Shown: positions 53,101-63,154 of the stretch, piece by piece
Layout of the letters: the number at the start of each line of letters is the position of its first letter
Position numbering within the stretch: the first letter of the stretch is position 1
Assembly (NCBI GenBank): GCA_051294375.1
Contig: CM119263.1
Location: 1,137,756-1,201,755 of the forward strand
Origin: Paraspadella gotoi
Taxonomy: Eukaryota > Animalia > Chaetognatha
DNA: 64,000 bases
Direction of reading: 5' to 3'
Program-made: the position numbers and the translations under genes
The notes under the pieces: generated by a model
Database searches by the model: none
What the model was told of the DNA's origin: nothing
What the model saw: only the letters and a program-made list of their open reading frames with translations

Positions 53101-56100
53101 TGCTTTGGCTCCCACGAGCTCATGGACACGTTTTACGGGCGAGAGGGCGACAAGTCTAAAAATAACTCTGCGGCACCGAACGAAGACGAGAAGAAAAATG
53201 AATTAAAAAAAGAGAAATGAAAATCGAATAAATTCGTGAAAAAAAAACTGAAGGGAAAAAAGGGCGAAAGTAGGCTCTCTTTTCCGAGAGTGCCGCATTT
53301 CTGTTCGTTTATCCTAGAATTTAATTATAACCTAATTTTTAACCGAAATATATTTTTAAATTTATATACCAATATTTAACCCTAATCCTAATCAGTAATC
53401 CTAACCTAATCCTGAACCCTAATCCTGAACCCTTATCTTTAATTTCATTTAACCCTTAATCTTTAACCTTAAACCCTAAATACTAGTCCTTAACCAAAAT
53501 CCCTAACCCTAATCATAAANNNNNNNNNNNNNNNNNNNNNNNNNNNNNNNNNNNNNNNNNNNNNNNNNNNNNNNNNNNNNNNNNNNNNNNNNNNNNNNNN
53601 NNNNNNNNNNNNNNNNNNNNNNNNNNNNNNNNNNNNNNNNNNNNNNNNNNNNNNNNNNNNNNNNNNNNNNNNNNNNNACCTTAATCAATAACCTAATCCC
53701 TTATATAATCCCTAACCCTAATCTTTAACCTAATCTTTAATTAAAAAAAATTAAACTAATGTAGAGTCGCCTCACTAATTCCCAATTTAAGATAAAAATG
53801 GGGAGTTCTGGGAAAATATGGCCTACTAATTAGCCGATAATGTCATAATTTTCTAGTTAAATGTCAATATTTTCTTTAGTACTAATAGTAGGACCGTTAT
53901 TAAGCATATGAAAAATTTTAAATGGTAGTCGTTTCATATAGTAATATCTTAAACTTGTTCCAAAAAAAAAAGGGAAACTTAGTTCCATTCTTGTAATATT
54001 ATTAACTTATTATAAATTTCAATATCACTAAGACACTAACAAATGTATAATTTTTATTGAAGGCAACAACGCAGTATAGATTTTTAGGCATGACTTATTT
54101 TTTTATCCGACCGCAAAGTTCGGGAGACCTTCAAAAATCTCATTTGAATTTCTAGACGGCTAATTTAAAACGAAAATTTTGGTAATGAGGTAATACTTTA
54201 GTTCCGTCCTTATGTTTAAGTAAATCTGAAACAAAAAACTGCGATTTTGCCTAAAAATTTATTAACAGCAATTTAAATTTTAATGTAATTTCGTCATCGT
54301 CATTAATTTCTTTGTCAAAAAACAAATCCTGTGATTGATTAAAGGTTTTGGATCGGGAGCTCAGTTTCGATTTAGAAAAAAAAACGGTCGGGCNNNNNNN
54401 NNNNNNNNNNNNNNNNNNNNNNNNNNNNNNNNNNNNNNNNNNNNNNNNNNNNNNNNNNNNNNNNNNNNNNNNNNNNNNNNNNNNNNNNNNNNNNNNNNNN
54501 NNNNNNNNNNNNNNNNNNNNNNNNNNNNNNNNNNNNNNNNNNNNNNNNNNNNNNNNNNNNNNNNNNNNNNNNNNNNNNNNNNNNNNNNNNNNNNNNNNNN
54601 NNNNNNNACAACCATTATCAACATCTCTCTCGAGGTCTGTAGATAACAACTCTCCACCGAAGCTGTTGAGAAAAACAGATTCAATTCTCCTCCTCAAAAT
54701 TCTTATTTGATTTCGTGATTCGCGGTATAAGGTTTTTTCAACTTCCCCTTTTCTTACGGACAAAAAGAAGACGAACGGAAAGATGGACTTCATCGGNNNN
54801 NNNNNNNNNNNNNNNNNNNNNNNNNNNNNNNNNNNNNNNNNNNNNNNNNNNNNNNNNNNNNNNNNNNNNNNNNNNNNNNNNNNNNNNNNNNNNNNNNNNN
54901 NNNNNNNNNNNNNNNNNNNNNNNNNNNNNNNNNNNNNNNNNNNNNNNNNNNNNNNNNNNNNNNNNNNNNNNNNNNNNNNNNNNNNNNNNNNNNNNNNNNN
55001 NNNNGTCATTCTGGTCACCGGTAAGAGCGTTAGTTGTGGAAGCTAATTGACAGTCATTCAGTTATATTTTTTTAACCATTTATTAAAAGTTTTTATCCTT
55101 CAATGAAATCTTGATTCATTAGTGCGTTTTATTTTCTACCGTATAAATTTCTGATAACTCCGCAAATTTTTTTAGGTAATTTAATCATCAAAACTGAATG
55201 AGAATTTGTGCCGATTAAAAACTTAAACTTAAATAAATTATAACTTAGTATCTGAAAATTTTTAAAAACCAAACGTTTTAAAATATGAATTTGAGCCATA
55301 TCAGAAATAATTATGCAATAAACGTTTCCACAGGCGCCGGTAGCGGGCTCGGTCGCATGATGGCGCAAAAGTTGGCGTTACGTCACGGAGCGACAGTCGT
55401 CTGCGTTGACGTCAACGCCTCCGCCAATCAGGAGACGGCGAACAACATCAAAGCAGACAGCGTGAGATAGACGCAGTCATAAACGAGTCGGGCGTCACTT
55501 AATAAATTACTTAAAATTAATTGATTTTTTTGAAATTTTTAATAATACAATAACTGTTTTGAACTAAGTTCGGAGAAGTGGCGTCTTTGAATTCTAACTG
55601 ACTGGACTAATTCTGCGCATTCAAAACCAGATGGAATTGGGTATAAAATGGCGCAGAAGAGACGATGGCGCCGGTCCAGACGCCCTGGAGATGCTGACGA
55701 CAAAGTCTCAGTAGACGACGTCGGCTAAGGCCGAAATGACGACTGTCCACTAAGCCCAGGACTTGACGAAAGGTCTGTAGTCTTTGCTGTAGAAGGAGTC
55801 TGTAGATAGAAGTCCTGGGCAAAGAATAACAAAAGCATTTATCACAAACTCAGCAAATATATATAAATTTAAAGTGTCTTTCTTACTTGTTTCTGAAGCC
55901 AATATTAACCAAAAAGAGATGCTTCTCTTCATAGAAAAGTCCACCAAACCAGCGCATCAACAAAAAATAAGATTCCGAGATTCTGATAAGAGTCTAAATA
56001 AGCTCTGAAAAGAACTAAAAACCCAGTGACAACGTTGAGATCTGAAGATGCCACGTGGCCAGAATTCGATAAGAAATCTTAATCGAAATCTATCGAAATC

Positions 56101-58046
56101 ACGGGCACAATCAGAATCAGCTGTACACTGCCTTCGGAATTCTGTACTAAGGTATAAACAAAAGAAAGAGCCTAAAGATGTCGTGTCGATGCTAGAATGG
56201 AAGCATTTTCGATGCCAGTAATAAAGAGCAAGAGCAACGGGGAAAAAGGTAGAGAAGCTGATTTCCTCGTCATATTAGAGATAGTTATTTTCGTAACAAT
56301 AACCAAACTTACATTTTTTGAATCTTCATTCTTATTTCGGCGATTCGATATACTCACAGCAGTTTATTAAATATTAATAAAATAATATCGGATATAATAA
56401 ATCGGAAATTTTTTTAAGTCTGTGGATAAGGCTCTAAGTGGGCTGAAAGATTACTATCGGTAACCTCTGTGCCCCCTCGGCAGCCATACAACAGGTCGGG
56501 CTTTGGAACCAGGCTTGTAGGTTTTCCACGCCCCCAATGCGGCTTACGGCCGTCCTCACGCTTCCCGCAGGGGAAGTACCGATTTGGGATCGAACCCGGT
56601 ACCTAGTGGGTACCAGTGATACTAGATGTCGGGATATTAGACGGGGTGAACTTATTCAATGCCGACTTCAAGCCGAGTGAGCTCTCTCGAACCACCTGCA
56701 TCCCATCTCTACTTCTGCTCCCCCCCCCACGACAATCCTTTTCCGATCTAACCAGGGATCAGCGGTGGCGTTCACTTGCGATCTCACTGACCCAAAGGAA
56801 GTGGAGGCGCTGGCGTCGGCGGTGAAGGCCAACGTGGGCGACGTCGACATCCTCGTCAACAACGCCGGAGTCGTCACGGGGAAGGAGTTCCTCGAATCCT
56901 CCAACAAGATGAACAGGTGTTGGACATAAACAGGTGTTGGACATAAACAAGATGAACAGGTGTTGGACATAAACATGTTGGACATAAACATGTTGGACAT
57001 AAACATGTTGGACATAAACATGTTGGACATGAACATGTTGGACATAAACTCTCGTCGTAATCACGGGAAAAACAGAAAAAGAAAAGGAGAAAGAAGTTGC
57101 TCATTCAGGCCGATAAAATTTTAAAAATCAGTATGAAGTTGGAATGACCAATTAAAAATGTATTCATCAAAAAGCTAACTTTTCAATCCCCTTTATTTTG
57201 AAATGATTGTATAGCCAACCCCCTTAAGCTTTCTATCAATTTTATTCCCCTTATATCGGACCTTATCAATGAATAATATAATTATATATCTTAACCTTTC
57301 GAATTTTACTGATTAATTCCCTTTCTTCCAAAACGAGGCTGACGATGGCCGTGAACACCGAGTCTCACTTTTGGACGACGAAGGCTTTTCTTCCTCCCAT
57401 GATCGAAAAGAATCACGGTCACATCGTCACCATCGCTTCTGGAGCCGGTGAGCAGTTTTTCATCGCGGCGAGAGCACTCGCTAAACAACTCTCTGAGTTA
57501 GTTTTCGTTGGTCCGTCATGTCATTTCATGTCCTTCCGTCTGTCTATCAGTAAGTCAACCTGATAACCTGGAAATGCCATACGATAACTCGAAAGTGAGT
57601 CTTGCCAAAACAAAATTATCCAGACTCTTTCTGAGAAAATAAGAACTAATATGCAAATTAGGTTTAAAACGAGGCTAGCATAAAAAAGAGCAATCCAATA
57701 GTTAATACGGCGCAAGAGCTTGGAATTACTTTTCTTGACTAAAAGTAAGGTTAAAGAGACTCATCCCCCCCGCCCCCCTAGGCCTAATGGGCGTCCACAA
57801 ATTGGCGGATTATTGCGCCTCCAAATTCGGAGCCGTGGGGTTCGCCGAGTCCCTCATGTCCGAACTCTACACGATGGGCAAAGATGGAGTCAAGTCCACA
57901 CTCGTCTGTCCTTACTTCATCTCGACGGGGATGTTCGACGGCGTCTCCACCAGATTCCCTTGCATCCTTCCCATTTTGACGCCTGACTACGTCACCGACA
58001 GAATCATAGACGCCGTTTTGACCAATCAGGTAGAGTATTAAGGGGT

Positions 58047-58089
<43 letters not shown>

Positions 58090-58938
58090 AATTTGATCTC
58101 TGACCGAATAAATACTGCCCATCCAGGAGATTCTGCTTATGCCCCGCATCCTTTACGTGCTCGTCTTCTTCAAGTCTATCCTTCCGGTCAAAGCGGGTCA
58201 CGTCGTCATGAAATTTCTCGGCGCCGGAGAAATGATGGCGCATTTCGTCGGCCGACCGAAAAACGATTGACAAAAGAGCATCGAGGAGAAATCGAAATAA
58301 GAAAAAAAGGGAAAAACTTGAGAGAAAAACTGTTGGTGTCTTTTTCGTCAGGGATTTAAAAAAAATCAAAATAAATTTGTTTTTTTGCGCACGAATGAAA
58401 ACAAAAATCGCGAAAGCATTACGATGACAAAATAAAACGTTATTTTCACTAATTTTCAATTAATTGGGTATTCAAAAGAAATTACTAATACTAATACTTA
58501 TACTAATACTCACTTGGCGACCTTCTGAAGAAGTGCGTAGGTTGAGCAACTCTTGAAGAGACCAATGACGCGACGTTTCAACCCGTGCTGCCAAATGAAG
58601 TCAAAACCAATTAAAGATTTAAACATTTAACAACAACAACAACGTTAAGTTAAAATCGCTATCCATAAGCTTGATCAAAGCTCTCCTCACTTGCAAGCAG
58701 AGATCGACGGAAGCACAGAGCGTCGTGAGCGAAGCCGAATCTTCGTGAATGAATTTTTTCGTCACTGATTCCTCCATGATGTGTTTCACCTGACAATTTT
58801 AGAGGCGATCGTCAAAAATATATGCATTAATTATCGATCGCAATATGTGAGACCGAAGATGACAGTTTTTCTTTGGTCATTAATTTTTTCTACTCACGTT
58901 CTCTCTCTCTCTCTTCTCCTCTCTTCATCTCTCTCTCT

Positions 58939-58995
<57 letters not shown>

Positions 58996-61149
58996 GTCTC
59001 TCTCTCCCCTCTCTCTCTCTCTCTCTCTCTCCCTCTCTCTCTCTCGCTCTCTTCTCATCCTCTCTCTCTCTCTCTCTCTCTCTTCTCCAGTCTCTACTCT
59101 CTCTCTTCTTCTTCTCCCTTCCCATCTCTCACTCCTTCTTGACGCTCCGACAGCAATTCTCTGCTTTCTCCTACTGCGGGCGGCGTCGAGCGGTTTTTCC
59201 TGCAGCACCGACGCCGTCAACGACGACAACGACGACGACAACGACGACGACTTCTGTTTGGTCGATGGAGCGGCAGAGGGAGTGGTAGGGGTGGTGTGAG
59301 AAGCAGCCGAGTCGGCGAGTGTAGCGGGAATGGCAGAGTGAGCGGCGCCGGGGGAGTGGATGGCGTCTTCGTCGATAGAAGCGGCGCCAGAATCGACGCC
59401 GGAAGATGGCGTTGTCGTTGTCGTCGTCGCCATCGTCGTCGCCGTTTCTATGGCGACCACTTCGTCGGCGTCATCGGCTTCTGAAGAGTTTACGGGTTTC
59501 ATTGTATGTTTACATTTTCCATTTAGACAACAGTTTGATAAAAGTTTATTTTAAAAAAGGACTAGTTATTTTATTTTATTTAGACTTCAATGTACCCATG
59601 TTTATAAATCTATAGTTAGTCAAATTTTTTAAAATGGTCGCTTGAAAAAAAAAGGGTTTTTTTTTATTTATATAACGTTAAAAACATCAAAAAACACTAA
59701 AAACATTTAAAACATTTAAACGTAAAAAACAAAATAATAAAAAGGAAAAAAATAAGATGACATAAAATTTAATAACAGTTACCCAGCAAAACATCTATAA
59801 ATCTACCAATAGATAGTCAATAAAAACGATAAAATTAACAAACAAAACAAAAATAAAACGAAAAAGTACAAAAACAAAACAACAATAAAAACGAAACAAT
59901 AAATAAAAAAAAACAGTAAATCTCTCACCGCCGACTTTTTTCGAGAAGGGAGAAATGGCCGATAGAATTTTCATGGGCGTCAAAGGAAACGTCAAATTGG
60001 TCGAGATGGCGTCCTTGGCGGTGGCGGAGCTGCCAGTGGGGCTACTAGCGGCGTTCCCGTTGGCGGCGACCTTGTCGCCCTCTGTCGTATCATCAGAGCC
60101 CGGAAATTCGCTGGACGAAAATACGGTGAATGAAATCTCTCTCTCTCTCCTCTCAGTCCTTCGTCCCTTCTCCCGATCTCCGTCTTGGCCCTCTCTGTCT
60201 CTCCTCATCGTCTCTCTATCATTCTCTCTCCTCTCTCTCTCTCTCTTCTCTCTCTCTCTCAATTCCCCCTTTACAGCTCTTTTGGGACTAACTTCACAAA
60301 AACGGTTAACGATAGAAGAAAAAAGGAATTATAATTGGAAGCCAGGCTAATTTCTCTTTCAATCGATATAAAATAGTCTGAAAAAAATGTCGCGGCAACT
60401 CCTTTTTGCATAGCATGTCATATTTTTTCGCGCAGGTTCCTTACAAAATTTTGAGAAATTTGGACGAAAATCAAAATGATGGATGGTGATTTCTGACTTT
60501 TGAACATGCAGTTTTTTTCACTGCAATCCCCTTTATTAATGAAAATGTAGGATAGTGAAGCAAAATGTCCCACGCATCCCCTCCAGAACTGTTTACTTTC
60601 TGACAGCAGCTGTTTATATTAAACTTATTGGTACTTAAAATATAATAAGAGTCTTAATAAGAGGGAAATATTCCCTCCTTTCGCAATAATGGTAGGAATG
60701 ACGGCATTCCCCTCGGGCGTGGTCACAAAAGCCTATGCCGTCATCTCTGAACACTTGGAGAAGATCATGGTTGCCTAAGATGATTTTTTTTAATAGATTG
60801 TGTTGTCATTACAACATGTTTTCCATATTTACATATTTACCCATCCAAAGGAATTGTTTTCATTTAGTCCCAAGAGATCTAGACCTCCCTGTACAAATTC
60901 GATTCACTCTCGTTTCACTCTTTGACCTTCCCTCCAAAATCACCCCACAGTTTTCTCTCTCAGCCGCAGATGGCGCTCGAGTGAATCGAGCGATAAACGG
61001 AGAATCGAGAGGCGAAGAGAGTTTACAGAGTTATCTCTCCTCTACAGACTGAAGACTCCTCTCTCCCGGCCATTTTAGAGTTTATACCTTTTATCGGGAT
61101 CTATTTATTCGATTTTCCTTTTATTACTACATTATTCTCTTTCTTTTTC

Positions 61150-61180
<31 letters not shown>

Positions 61181-61394
61181 CTTCCTCTCCTCCTTCTCCG
61201 CTCATCCTCTCTCTCTCGCTGCTCTGCTCTTCTCTCTCTCTCTCTCTCCTCTCTCCCTTCCCTTTCTCCTCCTCTCCCTCTCTCACTAACCTTTCTCCTT
61301 TGCCATTCGCCACCTTCCCTCCTTCGCCCTCCGCGCTGCTTTGACTTCCTTGGCTGCTCAGAGAATCTGTTATCTTCTTGAAGATGGACGCCAT
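16900..61394 (-). CDS. SGSM1/2: Small G protein signaling modulator 1/2-like (RUN and TBC1 domain family), spliced, 3'-incomplete in this window
   Basis: Phase-compatible GT-AG exons: 61394-61291, 60110-59929, 59480-59133, 58789-58691, 58587-58514, 46662-46583, 46173-46033, 45907-45739, 45667-45512, 17065-16900. Translation includes [85 protein letters not shown] and [37 protein letters not shown], collinear with SGSM1/2 as I recall it (VKQIMEEAVTRKFVHEDS; [26 protein letters not shown]; VESLHQNSRTRLLYGKN). Small indels in exons 3 and 10. No TBC-domain exons found. Confidence 0.9.
17155..18040. repeat. Satellite array, ~46-nt unit AAAACATTTTAAGAACAAAGTATATTTAAAACAAAGTCTGTTCGTG
   Basis: Directly visible tandem units, with a recurring longer variant containing gcgtgttgaaac. 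Confidence 0.92.
18225..18720. repeat. Long polypurine tract including (GGAA)n
   Basis: Seen directly; one of many (AG)n/(GAAA)n tracts in the window. Confidence 0.85.
20810..22320. repeat. Direct duplication (20810-21540 / 21568-22320) flanking a 25-N gap
   Basis: Near-identical copies differing by indels. Confidence 0.9.
23370..26960. repeat. Direct duplication: noisy copy about 23370-25470, clean gapped copy about 25500-26960
   Basis: Collinear; the noisy copy has sequence where the clean copy has Ns. Confidence 0.88.
25805..26045. repeat. 65-nt tandem repeat (TCATTTTCTACATCTCTCCTCATCTTTTTCTACATCCTGATATGCTTCCTCTTATTCTTTCTCTA); longer noisy copy at about 23700-24530
   Basis: Period of 65 seen directly (25897 vs 25962). 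Confidence 0.9.
28135..43695. repeat. Large direct duplication: clean gapped copy 28135-34278, insertion-rich copy about 35782-43695
   Basis: Collinear throughout; first copy ends at the 25-N gap 34279-34303. Confidence 0.92.
30021..30665. mobile_element. Palindromic MITE-like element (second assembled copy 37788-38444)
   Basis: Ends cag(t)taaggcg / cgccttactg, with nested internal inverted matches (ggccatatttata/tataaatatggcc; ttgcagatttgga/tccaaatctgcaa; cattaagtggg/cccacttaatg). Confidence 0.8.
45512..46662 (-). CDS. SGSM1/2: SGSM-like exons 6-9 (remainder of RUN domain): 46662-46583, 46173-46033, 45907-45739, 45667-45512
   Basis: Continuous frame [90 protein letters not shown] with matching phases. 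Confidence 0.92.
47115..50479 (+). CDS. SDR16C-family short-chain dehydrogenase/reductase (epidermal retinol dehydrogenase 2 / 17-beta-HSD11/13-like), copy 1; frameshifts in exons 4 and 6
   Basis: Exons 47115-47244, 47551-47678, 48186-48346, 48835-48944, 49518-49765, 50338-50479. N-terminal hydrophobic anchor, [33 protein letters not shown], catalytic [24 protein letters not shown]. Confidence 0.88.
47913..48075 (+). mobile_element. tRNA-derived SINE-like insertion in SDR copy 1 intron 2
   Basis: A-box-like tggtgcaggagg, T-arm ccgggttctagcccgg, imperfect acceptor stem gcgccca/tggtcgc, broken anticodon stem, unrelated 3' body. Confidence 0.6.
50914..53220 (+). CDS. SDR16C-family short-chain dehydrogenase/reductase, copy 2
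   Basis: Exons ~50914-51048 (ATG one base out of frame), 51132-51259, 51610-51770, 52002-52111, 52320-52567, 53014-53220. [38 protein letters not shown]; ends LKKEK. Confidence 0.92.
51297..51582 (-). mobile_element. Candidate solo LTR in SDR copy 2 intron 2
   Basis: TG...CA ends with inverted termini tgtaaagaccttc / gaaggtctcttca, GC-rich interior, AATAAA on the minus strand near 51420; no clear TSD. Confidence 0.45.
53270..53826. mobile_element. TIR element with internal degenerate CCCTAA telomere-like repeats (contains an N gap)
   Basis: Ends gtaggctctcttttcc / ggaaaatatggcctac; shares aatttaagataaaa..gggaaaata.ggcc with 10097-10330. Confidence 0.6.
54783..58270 (+). CDS. SDR16C-family short-chain dehydrogenase/reductase, copy 3 (exon 1 partly in an N gap)
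   Basis: Exons 54783-55020 (MDFI..gap..VILVT), 55334-55461, 56756-56916, 57338-57447, 57782-58029, 58127-58270. [56 protein letters not shown]. Confidence 0.93.
56410..56690 (-). mobile_element. SINE-like insertion in SDR copy 3 intron 2
   Basis: B-box gggttcgatccc on the minus strand (56586-56597), GC-rich body, short A tail. Confidence 0.5.
56903..57049 (+). repeat. Minisatellite (15-26-nt units, AACATGTTGGACATA) derived from the exon 3/intron 3 junction of SDR copy 3
   Basis: The first unit overlaps the exon end and the donor site. Confidence 0.92.
58514..58789 (-). CDS. SGSM1/2: SGSM-like exons 4-5 (start of RUN domain): 58789-58691 and 58587-58514
   Basis: [33 protein letters not shown] | [24 protein letters not shown]; cag acceptors and gtgag donors. 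Confidence 0.92.
59133..59480 (-). CDS. SGSM1/2: SGSM-like exon 3 (Ser/Thr/Ala-rich, ending just before the RUN domain)
   Basis: tcag| acceptor, long open frame. The 3' end reads KQ(E)LL(R)SVKK(E) after correcting small indels, comparable to SGSM KEKLLWNVKKE. gtgaga donor. Confidence 0.7.
59929..60110 (-). CDS. SGSM1/2: SGSM-like exon 2 (low-complexity N-terminal extension)
   Basis: ccag| acceptor, open frame [11 protein letters not shown]...FSKKVG, G|gtgaga donor; phases 2/1 fit both neighbours. Confidence 0.65.
61291..61394 (-). CDS. SGSM1/2: SGSM-like putative first coding exon ([16 protein letters not shown]...)
   Basis: ATG at 61394; AG|gttagt donor in phase 2 matches the next acceptor. 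The link rests on phase and position, not homology. Confidence 0.6.
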
Positions 61395-61629
61395 TTCATT
61401 TTTTTTCTAATGTATTTTTATCGTTATTTGTAGGGGCTGCTTGTCTATCAACGTTGAGTATTGATTTAGTTTAAGAATTTAATACTTCTGGTATGATTGT
61501 AGTTTATTCCATCTGAATAGAGATACGAATACATATAAACTATTATAATTGCTAAAATTGCTATTTTAAACTATAATCATTACTGTTAACTAGAATATAC
61601 ACTACTATACACTACTATACACTACTATA

Positions 61630-62509
61630 CAGTGTGTCCCAATGGTACTGTCGGTTAACTTTTAGATATTGTGCGGAACTGTGTGATTAAATCTTATTTC
61701 TTCATTAATCATTATACTATAATTCGAATTTAATTTTTATCTTTAAATTTTTAATTTTTCTCACTTTTTTTATTTTTAAATATTTTTTTTATTTTAAAAT
61801 AAATTTTATTAAAAAAAATGAGTCGAAACATGTCCTATAAACTATGATTAAAATTCGTTAAAACACAAAAACTGTTATTCCTAAAAATCTCTAAATTAAC
61901 GAAAAGAAAGAAAATCATTACAATGTAAAAATATTAAAAATAATTTAAATTTTAATTTGTATAAATAAGTACATTAATAAATAGAAATAAAGAAATATTA
62001 CAAAAAATACAAAAATTGACAAAGATATGCTAATTATTTTGATATTAAAATTTTATTATTTGAAGTTATGAGCGTTTGAATCATTAAGCCACAACAAAAT
62101 GGTAGCTATTTATTCAATAAATTATTATTTAATTAATTTAAAAAGTAAAATGAACAAGGTAAGTAAATAATTTTAAAAATAATGATTACTGCATTATAAT
62201 AGGTCTGGAGCCAAAAATATGAGGTAGTTTCATACGGTCCTGCATCTAAAAAAATATTTAAAACATTATTTAATCAATATTTTAAAAAATATATAATAAA
62301 TATTGAAAATTATAGAATTTTTTAAAAAAATTTTACCAATTGTTTTAAATAATAACTACAGGAGTTGGCTTTGTTAAATTTTTAAAATTTAGGTATCCTA
62401 TAGAATAGTCCATACTTGTGCGCATATTCATTAAAATGAATTAAAGCTTTTCGATCTGGTATAGGAGCAGTAAGCTTTTCTTAACAGACAGTACCATTGG
62501 GACACACTG
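61630..62509. mobile_element. Non-autonomous Tc1/mariner-type element (MITE)
   Basis: Perfect 23-bp TIR CAGTGTGTCCCAATGGTACTGTC, TA on both flanks, AT-rich non-coding interior. Confidence 0.88.
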
Positions 62510-62613
62510 TATGTAGACTATATGGTACAGAATCTTAGAGAGAATAAATTATAAAAAAAAAATTTCAGAATTAAGACATAATAGAAAAAAAGAAAGAAAG
62601 AAAAAGAAAAGAA

Positions 62614-62673
<60 letters not shown>

Positions 62674-63067
62674 AAAAAGAAAGAAAGAAAGAAAGAAAGA
62701 AAAAGAAATAAAAACAGTAAGGAAAAAAAACAGAAGAGCATTCAACAGGTGGATATGAAAGGCACCAAAATTCATTAGCACTAAAATACCATATGTTCGA
62801 AACTGGAAAGACAATAGAAGCCGAGAGAAAAAAAAATAGCGCAGAAGATTTTCGGGTAGAGCGCGCTCGATCGAACGGGCAACGTTCTCTCGTCCGTCGT
62901 CACGGCGCAAAGTCGCAAGTGTCAACCGTCACCGCGTATCCTTTTTTTTTTTTTTTTTTTGGCCGAATGACGTCTCCGGGCGCGAGTAATCCGTTTGCGG
63001 GGATCCTTTGGCAAATCCCGGGAGCGGTGTTCTTTCGACACGTGATACCATATTGAGAAGGGATCAA

Positions 63068-63135
<68 letters not shown>

Positions 63136-63154
63136 CACATCTTTCTCGTTCGAG

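Noticed and set aside
53378-53740. True telomere or chromosome fusion site
   Set aside because: Degenerate, single orientation, bounded by TIR-like ends and located between genes
56668-57104. Repetitive ORFs (MSNMF)n, (VQHVY)n, (CPTCL)n
   Set aside because: Antisense translations of the intronic 15-nt minisatellite
58790-61290. Complementary dinucleotide repeats bridging intron ends
   Set aside because: SGSM intron 1 has (GA)n at both ends and intron 3 only at the 5' end, so they cannot pair
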